This document shows, in pieces, positions 1 through 8,418 of a stretch of DNA of 39,346 nt (the stretch's first letter is position 1; every line of letters starts with the position of its first letter). Location: positions 1-39,346 of IMG/VR virus record IMGVR_UViG_3300044676_005142. The stretch is one strand, 5' to 3'. The stretch is from a virus. Taxonomy: Duplodnaviria; Caudoviricetes. Made by a program: the position numbers and the translations under genes. The notes beneath the pieces were generated by a model, which was given only the letters and a program-made list of their open reading frames with translations, was not told the DNA's origin and did not search any database.

Positions 1-603
1 GGCGACCTGTCTGGCACGGTTGAATCCGGCAAGTCGAGCGTTATGTCGATCGGCGAGCAGAACGATACTTTCGAGGTTGAGCTCGACACCCAGGTGCCGC
101 AGCTGCATAACCACGTCAACAGCATGCGCGACCTGGCCAACCAGATACGCAGTGGTAAGTACAACGACACCGGTTTGCTCGAAGGGCGCTGGAGGGGCAA
201 AACCACAGAGGAAGGTGCCCGCCTGGCGGCCAAGCAGACCCTGGCGACGCTGCAGAATCTGCAGATAACCAACCTGGCGCCGGTGACGATCGCTGAAATT
301 GAGCGCATAGAGATGCTGTTCGCTAGCCTCACCAACGATCCCGAGGCCAACATTGGCGTACTCGAAGAAATGGCGCAGCGCTCTGAAAACGTTCTGAGAG
401 AATACGCGCGGGCTGAACAGTATTACCGCAGCAACAACAACACGCTGCGCGGCTACGGGCGCCAGTTCTTGAACCAGTATGCTCCGGGAACGGATGCAGG
501 GGGCGGCCAGGTGCAGCAGCCGGCGACCTCGGCAACGGCTGCACCGCCGACGCCAGGCCGGCAGCCGATAATCCCTGAGGGCTCGACTCTGAGGTTGAAC
601 TAA
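1..603 (+). CDS. Putative ejection/internal virion protein, C-terminal part (5'-truncated)
   Basis: Frame is open from base 1 to TAA at 603. Helical, Gln/Ala-rich composition. Coupled (TAATG) to the next two large ORFs at the end of the late operon. Confidence 0.55.
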   Translation, partial: GDLSGTVESGKSSVMSIGEQNDTFEVELDTQVPQLHNHVNSMRDLANQIRSGKYNDTGLLEGRWRGKTTEEGARLAAKQTLATLQNLQITNLAPVTIAEIERIEMLFASLTNDPEANIGVLEEMAQRSENVLREYARAEQYYRSNNNTLRGYGRQFLNQYAPGTDAGGGQVQQPATSATAAPPTPGRQPIIPEGSTLRLN

Positions 604-2462
604 TGGACGTACAAGTAAGGTTCAAAAAGAGCGGCGCGACCGGCACGCTATCGGTCAACTCGGAAGAAGAGCTGCAGCAAGAACTGCTGAACATCAGCAA
701 CGCCAACCCGGGCGACGAGCTCGAGGTCGTTGACAGCGGTATGGGTGGCTCCGCGCTGCGGGGCGGCTGGCAGGGGCTGACGTTCAACGCCGGTGATGAG
801 TTGGCCGGATTAGGCGCAGCGATCATGCCCGGCGGCCAGGGCTATACCGAGGCCCGCGACGAGGCCCGGCTGAAGAACGAAGTCGCCCGGCTGTCGAACC
901 CGAAAACCTACGCGGCGTCGGAGTTCGGTTCAGGTTTTCTCGTACCGGGTGTGGGGTATGCGAAGGCGGCGCAGAACCTTAATAAACTCCAGAAGTACGG
1001 TCGGATGGCGGCGACTGGTGGCGGCACCGGGCTGGCCGTCGGGCTGGGCTCTGCTGATGAGCTCGACGCCGAAGGGTGGACCGATGCCGGTACGTCTGCC
1101 GTCATCGGGGCTGTGGCGTCGCCGCTGGTGGGCGGTATAGCCAACAAGGCCGCCGATTACGTGGGCGACCTGGGCCAGGGCGTGAAGCGCCTGATGTACA
1201 CCGAGCCACGCGAACAGGCAGAGCGCTGGCTGGGCCGGCACATGGACCCGTCGATAGACTCGCCCGACGTGCTCAAGGGCATGCTGTCCGCCAGGGGGCA
1301 GGACACCCGTCTGATGGAGCTCGACGAGGGTATGCTGCGGATGGCGCAGCAGTCGAAAATGGGCGGGCCGACCTCCGATCGGATCATCGCCGAAAACATA
1401 AACCCGATCCGCGACCGGGCGGTCGGACGCATCCGCGGCGCAATCAATGAGTCGATGCCTGACGAGATACCCTACAAGCGGCTGAAGAAATTTATCAACG
1501 ACCCGAAGATGGCCAGGGAGAAATACGACCTGGCCTACCAGGACGATTTCACGCCTGACGAGTGGGTACAGCGCCAGTGGGAGCACAGCCCGACCTGGCG
1601 CAGGATTGCGGGCAAGGTCCAAGAGTCGATGCTCGACAAGGATATCGATAGGCTATCGATCCGAGATATCGATGAACTGCCGGGGGTAGTGCCGATCGAA
1701 TACATGCACCGTTTTCTGGGGCACATGCGCGGGCAGATCAACAAGCTGTACCGGGAGGGGGATTCGCACTCGGCGACCGAGCTGCTCAAGATTCACCGCA
1801 CACTAGACCAGAAAGTGAAGACCCAGTCGCCAGCCTTTCAGGGCGCGCAGCAGTTCTACCGCTCAAAGATGGATATCAAAGAAGCGATGGAGTTCGGCCG
1901 GGATGTTTACTCGGGCAAGATGCAGCCCGATATCCTCGAAGACTTGATGGAGGATTACTCCGAGCTTGAGATGAAGGGCTTCCGCACCGGCCTGCTGCAG
2001 GCGATGCTGGACCGGGCCGGCGAGATTACCCAGACCGGGAACACGGGCAACAAGGTGTTTCAAAACCACCGCATCAAGGAAGTGATCCGCGAAGGTATGC
2101 AGAATCCGGATAAATTCGAGGACCTGGTATCGTTCATGGCGCAGGAACAGAACAAATCACGTGCGCATACCCGGCTGTTGAACAATTCAGTGACCAGTCA
2201 AACGCTAGGCGGCGACCAGCGGCTACCCGAGGGCGGCCCCATGAGCGTTATTCGACAAATGCTGGATAAGGTGCTGCACCAGGAGATGACGCCGGCCGAG
2301 TGGCACGAGGTGTCAAAAATCATGACCGGCGAGCTAACTGAAGACCAGATCGACCGGCTGTTCGCCAAAACCGCCGCCGCTAAATTCCTGTCGCCAGTAC
2401 CTGAAGCGATCGGCGCTGGCGCCTCAATTGCGATCGGCCAGGCCGCCGGGAGGGAATACTGA
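603..2462 (+). CDS. Putative DNA ejection (internal virion) protein, 619 aa
   Basis: N-terminal Gly/Ala-rich hydrophobic segments (QGLTFNAGDELAGLGAA, GGGTGLAVGLG) followed by a long helical body, typical of podovirus ejection proteins. Position also fits. Confidence 0.65.
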   Translation: MDVQVRFKKSGATGTLSVNSEEELQQELLNISNANPGDELEVVDSGMGGSALRGGWQGLTFNAGDELAGLGAAIMPGGQGYTEARDEARLKNEVARLSNPKTYAASEFGSGFLVPGVGYAKAAQNLNKLQKYGRMAATGGGTGLAVGLGSADELDAEGWTDAGTSAVIGAVASPLVGGIANKAADYVGDLGQGVKRLMYTEPREQAERWLGRHMDPSIDSPDVLKGMLSARGQDTRLMELDEGMLRMAQQSKMGGPTSDRIIAENINPIRDRAVGRIRGAINESMPDEIPYKRLKKFINDPKMAREKYDLAYQDDFTPDEWVQRQWEHSPTWRRIAGKVQESMLDKDIDRLSIRDIDELPGVVPIEYMHRFLGHMRGQINKLYREGDSHSATELLKIHRTLDQKVKTQSPAFQGAQQFYRSKMDIKEAMEFGRDVYSGKMQPDILEDLMEDYSELEMKGFRTGLLQAMLDRAGEITQTGNTGNKVFQNHRIKEVIREGMQNPDKFEDLVSFMAQEQNKSRAHTRLLNNSVTSQTLGGDQRLPEGGPMSVIRQMLDKVLHQEMTPAEWHEVSKIMTGELTEDQIDRLFAKTAAAKFLSPVPEAIGAGASIAIGQAAGREY

Positions 2463-4780
2463 TGGGTGTACTGGATGAACTAATCGAAGACCTGCGCACC
2501 GCCGCCGGCACCAAAGAAGACCAGACATTCGGCGAGGACGTGGCACAGCTGGGGCGCGCACTCGGGTCGGTCGGTGAGCTCGGGCTGCAAGCGGGGACTG
2601 GGCTGTTCGGCGGGCTGCTGGGCGCTGGCGCCGGCCTGGGGCAGCTGCTGCGGGACCCGGAACGGGCCGACGTGGCGCGAGAGTACGCTCGAGATATCGC
2701 TGGCAACTTGACCTACGAACCACGCACGCACCTGGCGCAGGAGGTGAACCGGGTGACCGGTGAAGCGCTGTCGCCGCTAGTCGAGCCGCTCGCCGAGGGG
2801 TTGCAATACCTGGACGAGAAAGCAACCGAGCACGGGCTGGACCGGGTAATCGACACTGGCGCAGTGGTCGGCTCGCCGTTACTAGCGGCGGCGCCGCCCA
2901 GGCGCGCAGTGGGCAATCTGAACCTGCGCGATGTTAGTCTCAAAAAAGCCATCGAACAGGCCAAACAGGGTAAGCACATAAAGCGGGATAAAACCGGGCA
3001 GTATGTCGGCGCCCCGCGCGGTGTGAATTCGCCGGCGAAGCTGGGTCGCGTCCGGCGCAATTTTGATGATGTACTCGAAGATCCGGAATACGCCGGGGTG
3101 GGCGCTGACTGGTACGAACGTGCGAAGATGGGCATACGCCAGGTGGCGGGCGGTAACAAAAAACGCGAGGACCTGTTTTCTGACGAGTCGGCGCTGTGGT
3201 CCGCGCAAGCGGACCCAGGTACTAACCTGGGGTTCCAGCTGCGCGCGCACAATGAGTGGGAGGGCGGTGGTGCGCTGAACCCCGATGCACCGGTCAGGAC
3301 CTGGCAGCAAACCGATGAATACGCACGCGCACGCTACCTGGACGATCGCGTGCAGCTGGGACCTAAAACCGGCATGTACGAGAAACACCTGAACCCGAAT
3401 ACCCCGCCAGTGAACACCGGCGTGAACGACATATGGCACGCGCGCAACTTTGGCTACACCAACAAGGACGGCGGCACCTTTAGTCGCGGGCTGTCCGCGC
3501 AAGAACATTCGTTTATGGATGCCGAAACACTGCTAGCCGCTGATCGCGCTAACGCCAGGGGTACCGGAGGGCGCACAGACTGGACTTCTGGCGGCGTGCA
3601 AGCGGCGCCGTGGGTCGTCAGCAAGGGGCGCTCGCTAGCAGGTCCAGGCGGGCGCACCGATGCGCAGGGGATCGCCCTGGCCAACCGATCACCGGCTGAG
3701 TACATGCCAGGGTTCACCGCACACGCGACTTACGAGCGCGTGCCGGGCGCCGGTACGGGGCACCTGGAGTCACTGGTCGATGCGCCGCTGGGCGTGCGTA
3801 GGCAGTACAGCGACGCGAGCAGCTGGGACGATGGAACCGGGCGCGACATACTCTACGACGACATGGGTGCCTGGGTCCGCCCGACCAATGAAACCACAGG
3901 CTACTTCCAACCGCACAATGCACCGCCAGAAACACAGCCGGCCTACGCTGCCAGGCCGCTGGTGGAGTCGGTGAAAGGCGAGCACGGCGGAGAAATCGGC
4001 CCGGCCGGTTCTGCGCTGCTGGATATCGGGGAGGCGACACGCGCCTACCTGGATGTCCAGAACATGGGCGCCCGGCACAAGTTTATCCCGGCCGGGAAGG
4101 GCGCGAGCGCGAGCGCGTCAAAACCCGGACAGTCGAACGCTCTACGTCTGCCGATGGACCGATCGCTGACGCCGGATGAGATGCTGCGCGTAACGGCCGT
4201 GGCGAAGAAATACGACCTCTCGCCGGCCGATACAGGCGACGGCGTTACCCTGTTTGACGAAACGCAGTGGGGCGATACACCGCGCAGCGGTAAGGATATC
4301 GCGAAGCTGTGGAAGGACAAGAAACTGCAGCGCGAACTGGACGCCGCGGTAACCACGTCCGATACCCCAGGCGCCAAAATCCGTGGCGCCGGCAAACTCG
4401 AGCGGGGGCGCGTCGATGCTAACGTGTCAGATTACGAGGAAGCGTTTGCGCAGCCTGGATCTGGCAAGGCGACGTCTCAGCTGCTCGATACGCTGGATAG
4501 CACCGAGTATCAGGGGTTCGTAGAGAAACTCGGCAACAGCGATCGCGTGAAGGCTAAAGCGCTGGAGCTGATGGAGCGGGACGAAGCGTTCGCGAAGAAG
4601 CTAGGGGACGTGACGCGCGCCGACGTTCAGCGCGCGCGTAAGGTGATCGCCACTGCTGGCGGTAACTGGGTTGAAGCGCTCCGTAAAGCTATGCGGAACG
4701 GGACTGTTCTGCCCGCCGTCGCTCTACCTCTGCTGCCAATGCTGATGCCGGCGGGAGAGGAGGAAACGCCGCTTCTATAG
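2462..4780 (+). CDS. Putative ejection protein with an internal alpha-helical DNA-glycosylase-like (DUF7178-like) domain, 772 aa
   Basis: Gly-rich N-terminus, then motifs GADWY, ALWSAQ..N, LGPKT, NDIWHAR, QAAPW. Last gene of the + strand late operon. Confidence 0.55.
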   Translation: MGVLDELIEDLRTAAGTKEDQTFGEDVAQLGRALGSVGELGLQAGTGLFGGLLGAGAGLGQLLRDPERADVAREYARDIAGNLTYEPRTHLAQEVNRVTGEALSPLVEPLAEGLQYLDEKATEHGLDRVIDTGAVVGSPLLAAAPPRRAVGNLNLRDVSLKKAIEQAKQGKHIKRDKTGQYVGAPRGVNSPAKLGRVRRNFDDVLEDPEYAGVGADWYERAKMGIRQVAGGNKKREDLFSDESALWSAQADPGTNLGFQLRAHNEWEGGGALNPDAPVRTWQQTDEYARARYLDDRVQLGPKTGMYEKHLNPNTPPVNTGVNDIWHARNFGYTNKDGGTFSRGLSAQEHSFMDAETLLAADRANARGTGGRTDWTSGGVQAAPWVVSKGRSLAGPGGRTDAQGIALANRSPAEYMPGFTAHATYERVPGAGTGHLESLVDAPLGVRRQYSDASSWDDGTGRDILYDDMGAWVRPTNETTGYFQPHNAPPETQPAYAARPLVESVKGEHGGEIGPAGSALLDIGEATRAYLDVQNMGARHKFIPAGKGASASASKPGQSNALRLPMDRSLTPDEMLRVTAVAKKYDLSPADTGDGVTLFDETQWGDTPRSGKDIAKLWKDKKLQRELDAAVTTSDTPGAKIRGAGKLERGRVDANVSDYEEAFAQPGSGKATSQLLDTLDSTEYQGFVEKLGNSDRVKAKALELMERDEAFAKKLGDVTRADVQRARKVIATAGGNWVEALRKAMRNGTVLPAVALPLLPMLMPAGEEETPLL

Positions 4781-4937
4781 CCTTGCGGCGCTGTCGGCGC
4801 CGCCACTGCTCGCGCGGGTTCAGCCGGTTAAGCAGTATGCAGCGGGAGCACACGATACCCCTGCGGCCGCTACCGGCGCTGCAGGGAGCGAATTTGTTGA
4901 GCGGCTTGCGCCGGTCGCATTGTCTGCATGTTTTCAC
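4689..4937 (-). CDS. Small zinc-finger protein (CxxC...CxxC)
   Basis: AGGAGG RBS before GTG. Sequence KTCRQCDRRKPLNKF...VCSRC. Overlaps the stop of the upstream minus-strand gene. Confidence 0.6.
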   Translation of the reverse strand: MKTCRQCDRRKPLNKFAPCSAGSGRRGIVCSRCILLNRLNPREQWRRRQRRKAIEAAFPPLPPASALAAEVERRRAEQSRSA

Positions 4938-5239
4938 CACAACCTCCTTTCATACGACGGTAGGCGTGCGCGCCATGACTTTCGGGTCCAGTTTACTATA
5001 TCGACGATACTCAACCAGACGCAGTAGTAAAGCGTCGCGAGCCCGCCAACTACTCCCACGATCCAACCGAGTACCTGCCAAACGAGATCGGGTGCAGCGC
5101 TAACAGGTACCGCGCTGAACAGCATCGCCACGCCCATTATCAGCCCGGCGAGCATCACCGCGGCTGCGCCCATAATGAGCACAACAAGCGTGATCGGCCA
5201 TAGCAGAACTAGCAGTACTATGATCAGTAAAGTTTCCAT
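4934..5239 (-). CDS. Membrane protein, 2-3 TM helices
   Basis: TGGAGG RBS before ATG at 5239. Long hydrophobic stretches and a basic C-terminus. Confidence 0.7.
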   Translation of the reverse strand: METLLIIVLLVLLWPITLVVLIMGAAAVMLAGLIMGVAMLFSAVPVSAAPDLVWQVLGWIVGVVGGLATLYYCVWLSIVDIVNWTRKSWRARLPSYERRLW

Positions 5240-5299
5240 AATATCCTCCAGATTAGTTACGGATGAGTGATTCAAACATGCTAGCTCTCGCCTATCTTT

Positions 5300-5548
5300 T
5301 CAAAAAGGGACATCCTCTGATACTCCAGTTGGTGCAGCCTGGGCCGGTGCCTGCTGGCGGTCCTCGTCCAGATCGTAGAAATTGATCCAGCCCTCGAAGT
5401 CACCGCCCACTGGTAGGGCGTCGAGTTTCAGGCACACAGACCCGTCATCGCGCTGCAGGAGCTTGCCCACGGTGAGATAACGGGTTTTTTCCTGGCCGTC
5501 TTTCATGTACTTACCGTTGGTTACTACAGCCTTTTTAATCGCTTTCAT
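5300..5548 (-). CDS. Small SSB-like protein
   Basis: Beta-rich core (KYMKDGQEKTRYLTVGKL), acidic tail ending EDVPF, directly downstream of the exonuclease and ERF genes. Confidence 0.7.
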   Translation of the reverse strand: MKAIKKAVVTNGKYMKDGQEKTRYLTVGKLLQRDDGSVCLKLDALPVGGDFEGWINFYDLDEDRQQAPAQAAPTGVSEDVPF

Positions 5549-6144
5549 TCCAGTTTCCCTATCATAGTTTGTAGTTCAGCCTCTGCCATCTGCAGGCCGT
5601 GAGACAGCTTGGTAATATCGTCCTCAGCATCGTCGCGCTCGATCCGAAGCAGGAACGGGCGCATTCCCTCTGGTGAATAGCTCATAAAGTCGCACCAGTC
5701 GGCACCGGTGAACAACAGATGCCCGATCACCTGCCATCGGTAGACGGCGGGCAGTTTGTTTTCCAGCAGGTAACCCGCGTGCGTATCCTGGCCGGGCACC
5801 TTAAATTCAACAACGCCGTCGCCCACAATGCCGTCAGGAGAGCAGCCACAGAGCGGCAGATCATCACGGGTATAGAATGCCCCGTCTTGCACCTGAACGT
5901 CGCTGAGAAAGGCGTACAGGGCGCAGGCGGCAGGTTCCTCGTCGGTACCCCGCTGCATGGCTGCGTTACTGTAAGACTCCGGCACGATCCCGGTAACGGC
6001 TTGCGCAGCCAGGCCGCGCAGATATTTGGTGCGGGTGAGGCCAGGTTTCCCCATCACCACACCAAACTTTGATGCAGTGATTTTCCCGCATCGCAGCGCA
6101 AACCATTCCGGCGTGCGCTGTTCTATCTCATGCCGGGTAATCAT
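5545..6144 (-). CDS. YqaJ/lambda-exonuclease family protein
   Basis: Motifs EQRTPEWFALRCGKITAS, AMQRGTDEE, CSPDG, VEFKVP, YRWQV. Confidence 0.92.
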   Translation of the reverse strand: MITRHEIEQRTPEWFALRCGKITASKFGVVMGKPGLTRTKYLRGLAAQAVTGIVPESYSNAAMQRGTDEEPAACALYAFLSDVQVQDGAFYTRDDLPLCGCSPDGIVGDGVVEFKVPGQDTHAGYLLENKLPAVYRWQVIGHLLFTGADWCDFMSYSPEGMRPFLLRIERDDAEDDITKLSHGLQMAEAELQTMIGKLE

Positions 6145-6752
6145 GCCGCTGCTCCAGCCTCGGCGATCTTCTTGCGCAGTGCGGTACAGGCCCAGTCATA
6201 ACGTGCGGCCGGCACCGATTCCACATTTTTAGCATTCAGCGCGCGCAGGAAGTTTACCGTGACTTCGCCTGGGAGCTCGCCTAACAGCGCTTTCAGCGTA
6301 GCCACCTGATTATCCGTTAGCGGCACCGGCGTGGCGTCAGCGGCCTGTGAGGGCCTGCTAGCGGCATTACCATCGTCGTCCGAATCTATAGGCGCGATTC
6401 CCACCATAGCCATCAGGGCGTACCGGCGAGCGTAGGTGCTGGCTGACATCAGCACCTGCGGGGTGATCTGCTTGCCAGCCACCGGAACAAACATCGTTGA
6501 CTCTATCCACTGGCTCCCGTGGGCTAACCTCGTCGTCACCTGCAGACAGCCGTCGATGTATTGCCCCAAGCCCTGGATGAATGCGATACCGTTTGATGAT
6601 AATTGTCCTCTGATTGCGTCGATCACGCTTTCCAGCGTGGAGTAGTCATTGCGGAAGTGCGGGTTCTTGGCGTCTTTCACGGCGCCAGTCATCTGGCCCT
6701 GGGCAGCTGCGAGTGCAGCCACCAGTTCATTGATCTCGTTTGATGTGTTCAT
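6141..6752 (-). CDS. erf: ERF family ssDNA annealing protein
   Basis: Motifs KDAKNPHFRNDYSTLESV, SASTYARRYAL, DDDGN. Confidence 0.92.
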   Translation of the reverse strand: MNTSNEINELVAALAAAQGQMTGAVKDAKNPHFRNDYSTLESVIDAIRGQLSSNGIAFIQGLGQYIDGCLQVTTRLAHGSQWIESTMFVPVAGKQITPQVLMSASTYARRYALMAMVGIAPIDSDDDGNAASRPSQAADATPVPLTDNQVATLKALLGELPGEVTVNFLRALNAKNVESVPAARYDWACTALRKKIAEAGAAA

Positions 6753-6877
6753 GCCCATCCCAACTGTTCTAAAAGTTTGACCAGACGCGCCAGGTCTTTC
6801 GACACGAGGAAGTCATCACCATCACCGTGCTCGGCGATCCAGTATTCAGTTCCCGCCTTACGCTTAATCGTGATCAC
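6749..6877 (-). CDS. Hypothetical 42-aa protein (MITIKRKAGTEYWIAEH...), not in ORF track
   Basis: Fills the gap with 4-nt overlaps to both neighbours. GGAGG upstream. Confidence 0.55.
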   Translation of the reverse strand: MITIKRKAGTEYWIAEHGDGDDFLVSKDLARLVKLLEQLGWA

Positions 6878-7080
6878 GGGTAAACCTCCGCGTCCATGAG
6901 CGCAGCGATCAGCTGTGATCGCAGAACGCGTTTCATGCTGTCGCGGTTTTCGATGGCGGAAAGCAACTGCTCGGCCAGTTCATCGGGTGATGCCTCAGCG
7001 AGCCAGGTCTGCACCTGATCGTCGCGGTAGTGGCCCTCAGCGCGAGCCTGGTGTGCGTCATATAGGTTTGCCGTAAGCAT
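6874..7080 (-). CDS. Hypothetical early protein
   Basis: CTGGAGG RBS before ATG at 7080. Confidence 0.65.
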   Translation of the reverse strand: MLTANLYDAHQARAEGHYRDDQVQTWLAEASPDELAEQLLSAIENRDSMKRVLRSQLIAALMDAEVYP

Positions 7081-7125
7081 GGTGTGGTCCTCCAGAACCG
7101 TAGGGTAGTACCGACAAAGCCGCAA

Positions 7126-7401
7126 TTAAGCGGCTGTTCGGCGTTTGAAAACTTTGATTGCTTCTTCGCGAGTCATCCAAAAGTCTTGCGATGACTGCGC
7201 TTTAGGCGCCGCGACAACCCGCCATGTGAAAACCTGGCGACCCGCTTTGTAATTTTCGCAGCGCTTGTGCACGGCATAGACGTGATCGCCGTTCGCAAAG
7301 TGTCGGCGGTTCGTGTCTGTGACCTCAAGACCAGCATGATGAGGCTTCATTTCGCCTTTAACTACGCGGAACCATACCCCTTTTGAATTTTGTGCTTTCA
7401 T
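7126..7401 (-). CDS. Hypothetical early protein, first gene of the leftward operon
   Basis: CTGGAGG RBS. Lies immediately downstream of a candidate promoter. Confidence 0.7.
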   Translation of the reverse strand: MKAQNSKGVWFRVVKGEMKPHHAGLEVTDTNRRHFANGDHVYAVHKRCENYKAGRQVFTWRVVAAPKAQSSQDFWMTREEAIKVFKRRTAA

Positions 7402-7435
7402 GTTTGTTTCCTCCAGAACCGTGATGCGAGAGTGA

Positions 7436-7463
7436 ATTATACATCCTAATGGCTATATGTAAA
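7436..7463 (-). promoter_or_regulatory. Candidate sigma70 leftward early promoter
   Basis: Minus strand reads TTTACA-16 nt-TATAAT in the AT-rich divergent intergenic region. Confidence 0.6.
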
Positions 7464-7496
7464 CCCCTGAGTTACAATTAGCGCACATTTTAGGAG

Positions 7497-7685
7497 GTGA
7501 GCATGGATAGTGTGGGGTTGGAAACGTTTATTAGAATGTGCGATAGCAAGGCAGACGCGGCACGGCGCATGGGTGTGAAGCGCCAGACGCTGCACAAGTG
7601 GCTGCAGGACGATGCCGAGAGGTATCAGGTGGAGATTAACCGCCACCGGAAGGTGCTCAGGGTGATGCGGGAAGTACGAACGTGA
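7497..7685 (+). CDS. Cro-like helix-turn-helix regulator
   Basis: SKADAARRMGVKRQTLHKWL HTH. AGGAGG RBS. First rightward gene at the divergence point. Confidence 0.75.
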   Translation: MSMDSVGLETFIRMCDSKADAARRMGVKRQTLHKWLQDDAERYQVEINRHRKVLRVMREVRT

Positions 7686-7876
7686 GGCGATAAAAAGGCC
7701 CGTACCCACCAGCGCTGGAGGACGCTATCGGCGGGCCGGGCAAAGGCAAAACTAGAGTAGGTGCGCCAGGCAGTGTGGACCTGACTCGGCGCGGTCACTT
7801 TCCGCAGTCATCGCGCCTGGGATAAGTATAACAAACGGCGCTTTCCTATGTGTATCGGCGGAACGTGTAAAGAATA

Positions 7877-7911
7877 AGTGGGGCGAAAAGATTTGCGCCC
7901 CACTATTTTTT
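7877..7911 (+). terminator. Rho-independent terminator candidate
   Basis: AGTGGGGCG/CGCCCCACT 9-bp stem followed by ATTTTTT. Confidence 0.6.
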
Positions 7912-7951
7912 GTCCTAGCATGTAACACTACACCAGCACAGGAGCGGCACA

Positions 7952-8116
7952 ATGAAAGATGACGTATTGAACGTGAGAGTCCAGGCGCGGCTAAAAGAGC
8001 AGCTGCGCGCAATGGCGGCAGAGAATCACCGCACGATGTCAGCACAGGTAAGCTGGTTGATCGAGCAGGAAGTACGGCGCATGAAACTGAAAGAGCAGAT
8101 GAGGGGCGCAGCATGA
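7952..8116 (+). CDS. Arc-like ribbon-helix-helix DNA-binding protein, 54 aa (not in ORF track)
   Basis: Translated by hand: MKDDVLNVRVQARLKEQLRAMAAENHRTMSAQVSWLIEQEV... AGGAG RBS. ATGA overlap with the next gene. Confidence 0.8.
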   Translation: MKDDVLNVRVQARLKEQLRAMAAENHRTMSAQVSWLIEQEVRRMKLKEQMRGAA

Positions 8117-8403
8117 GGAAGAAACTACCGCCATTCGCAAAGCAAACCCGCGTGCCAGGCGACAACGAAACGATATTCGTGCACGTCGGATGGATTAGTT
8201 GGGAGCAGGCGAACGACATTACCAAAAGTCGCGGAATGATCTACCCAGCCGACACCGATCCGAGCCTGTTTCTCTGGCCAGTGAAAGGTTGCGGAGTAGT
8301 TATCCTTGATCACCATGGGCTTGATAGTGGCGACGTTGAGAAACTTGATCATGAACTAATGATAAGCGGGGCAACAGATACGCAGTATGTAGAGTTCGCC
8401 TAA
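8113..8403 (+). CDS. Hypothetical protein
   Basis: Coupled to the Arc-like gene and precedes the helicase. Confidence 0.65.
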   Translation: MRKKLPPFAKQTRVPGDNETIFVHVGWISWEQANDITKSRGMIYPADTDPSLFLWPVKGCGVVILDHHGLDSGDVEKLDHELMISGATDTQYVEFA

Positions 8404-8418
8404 TAATGAGGAAATGGA

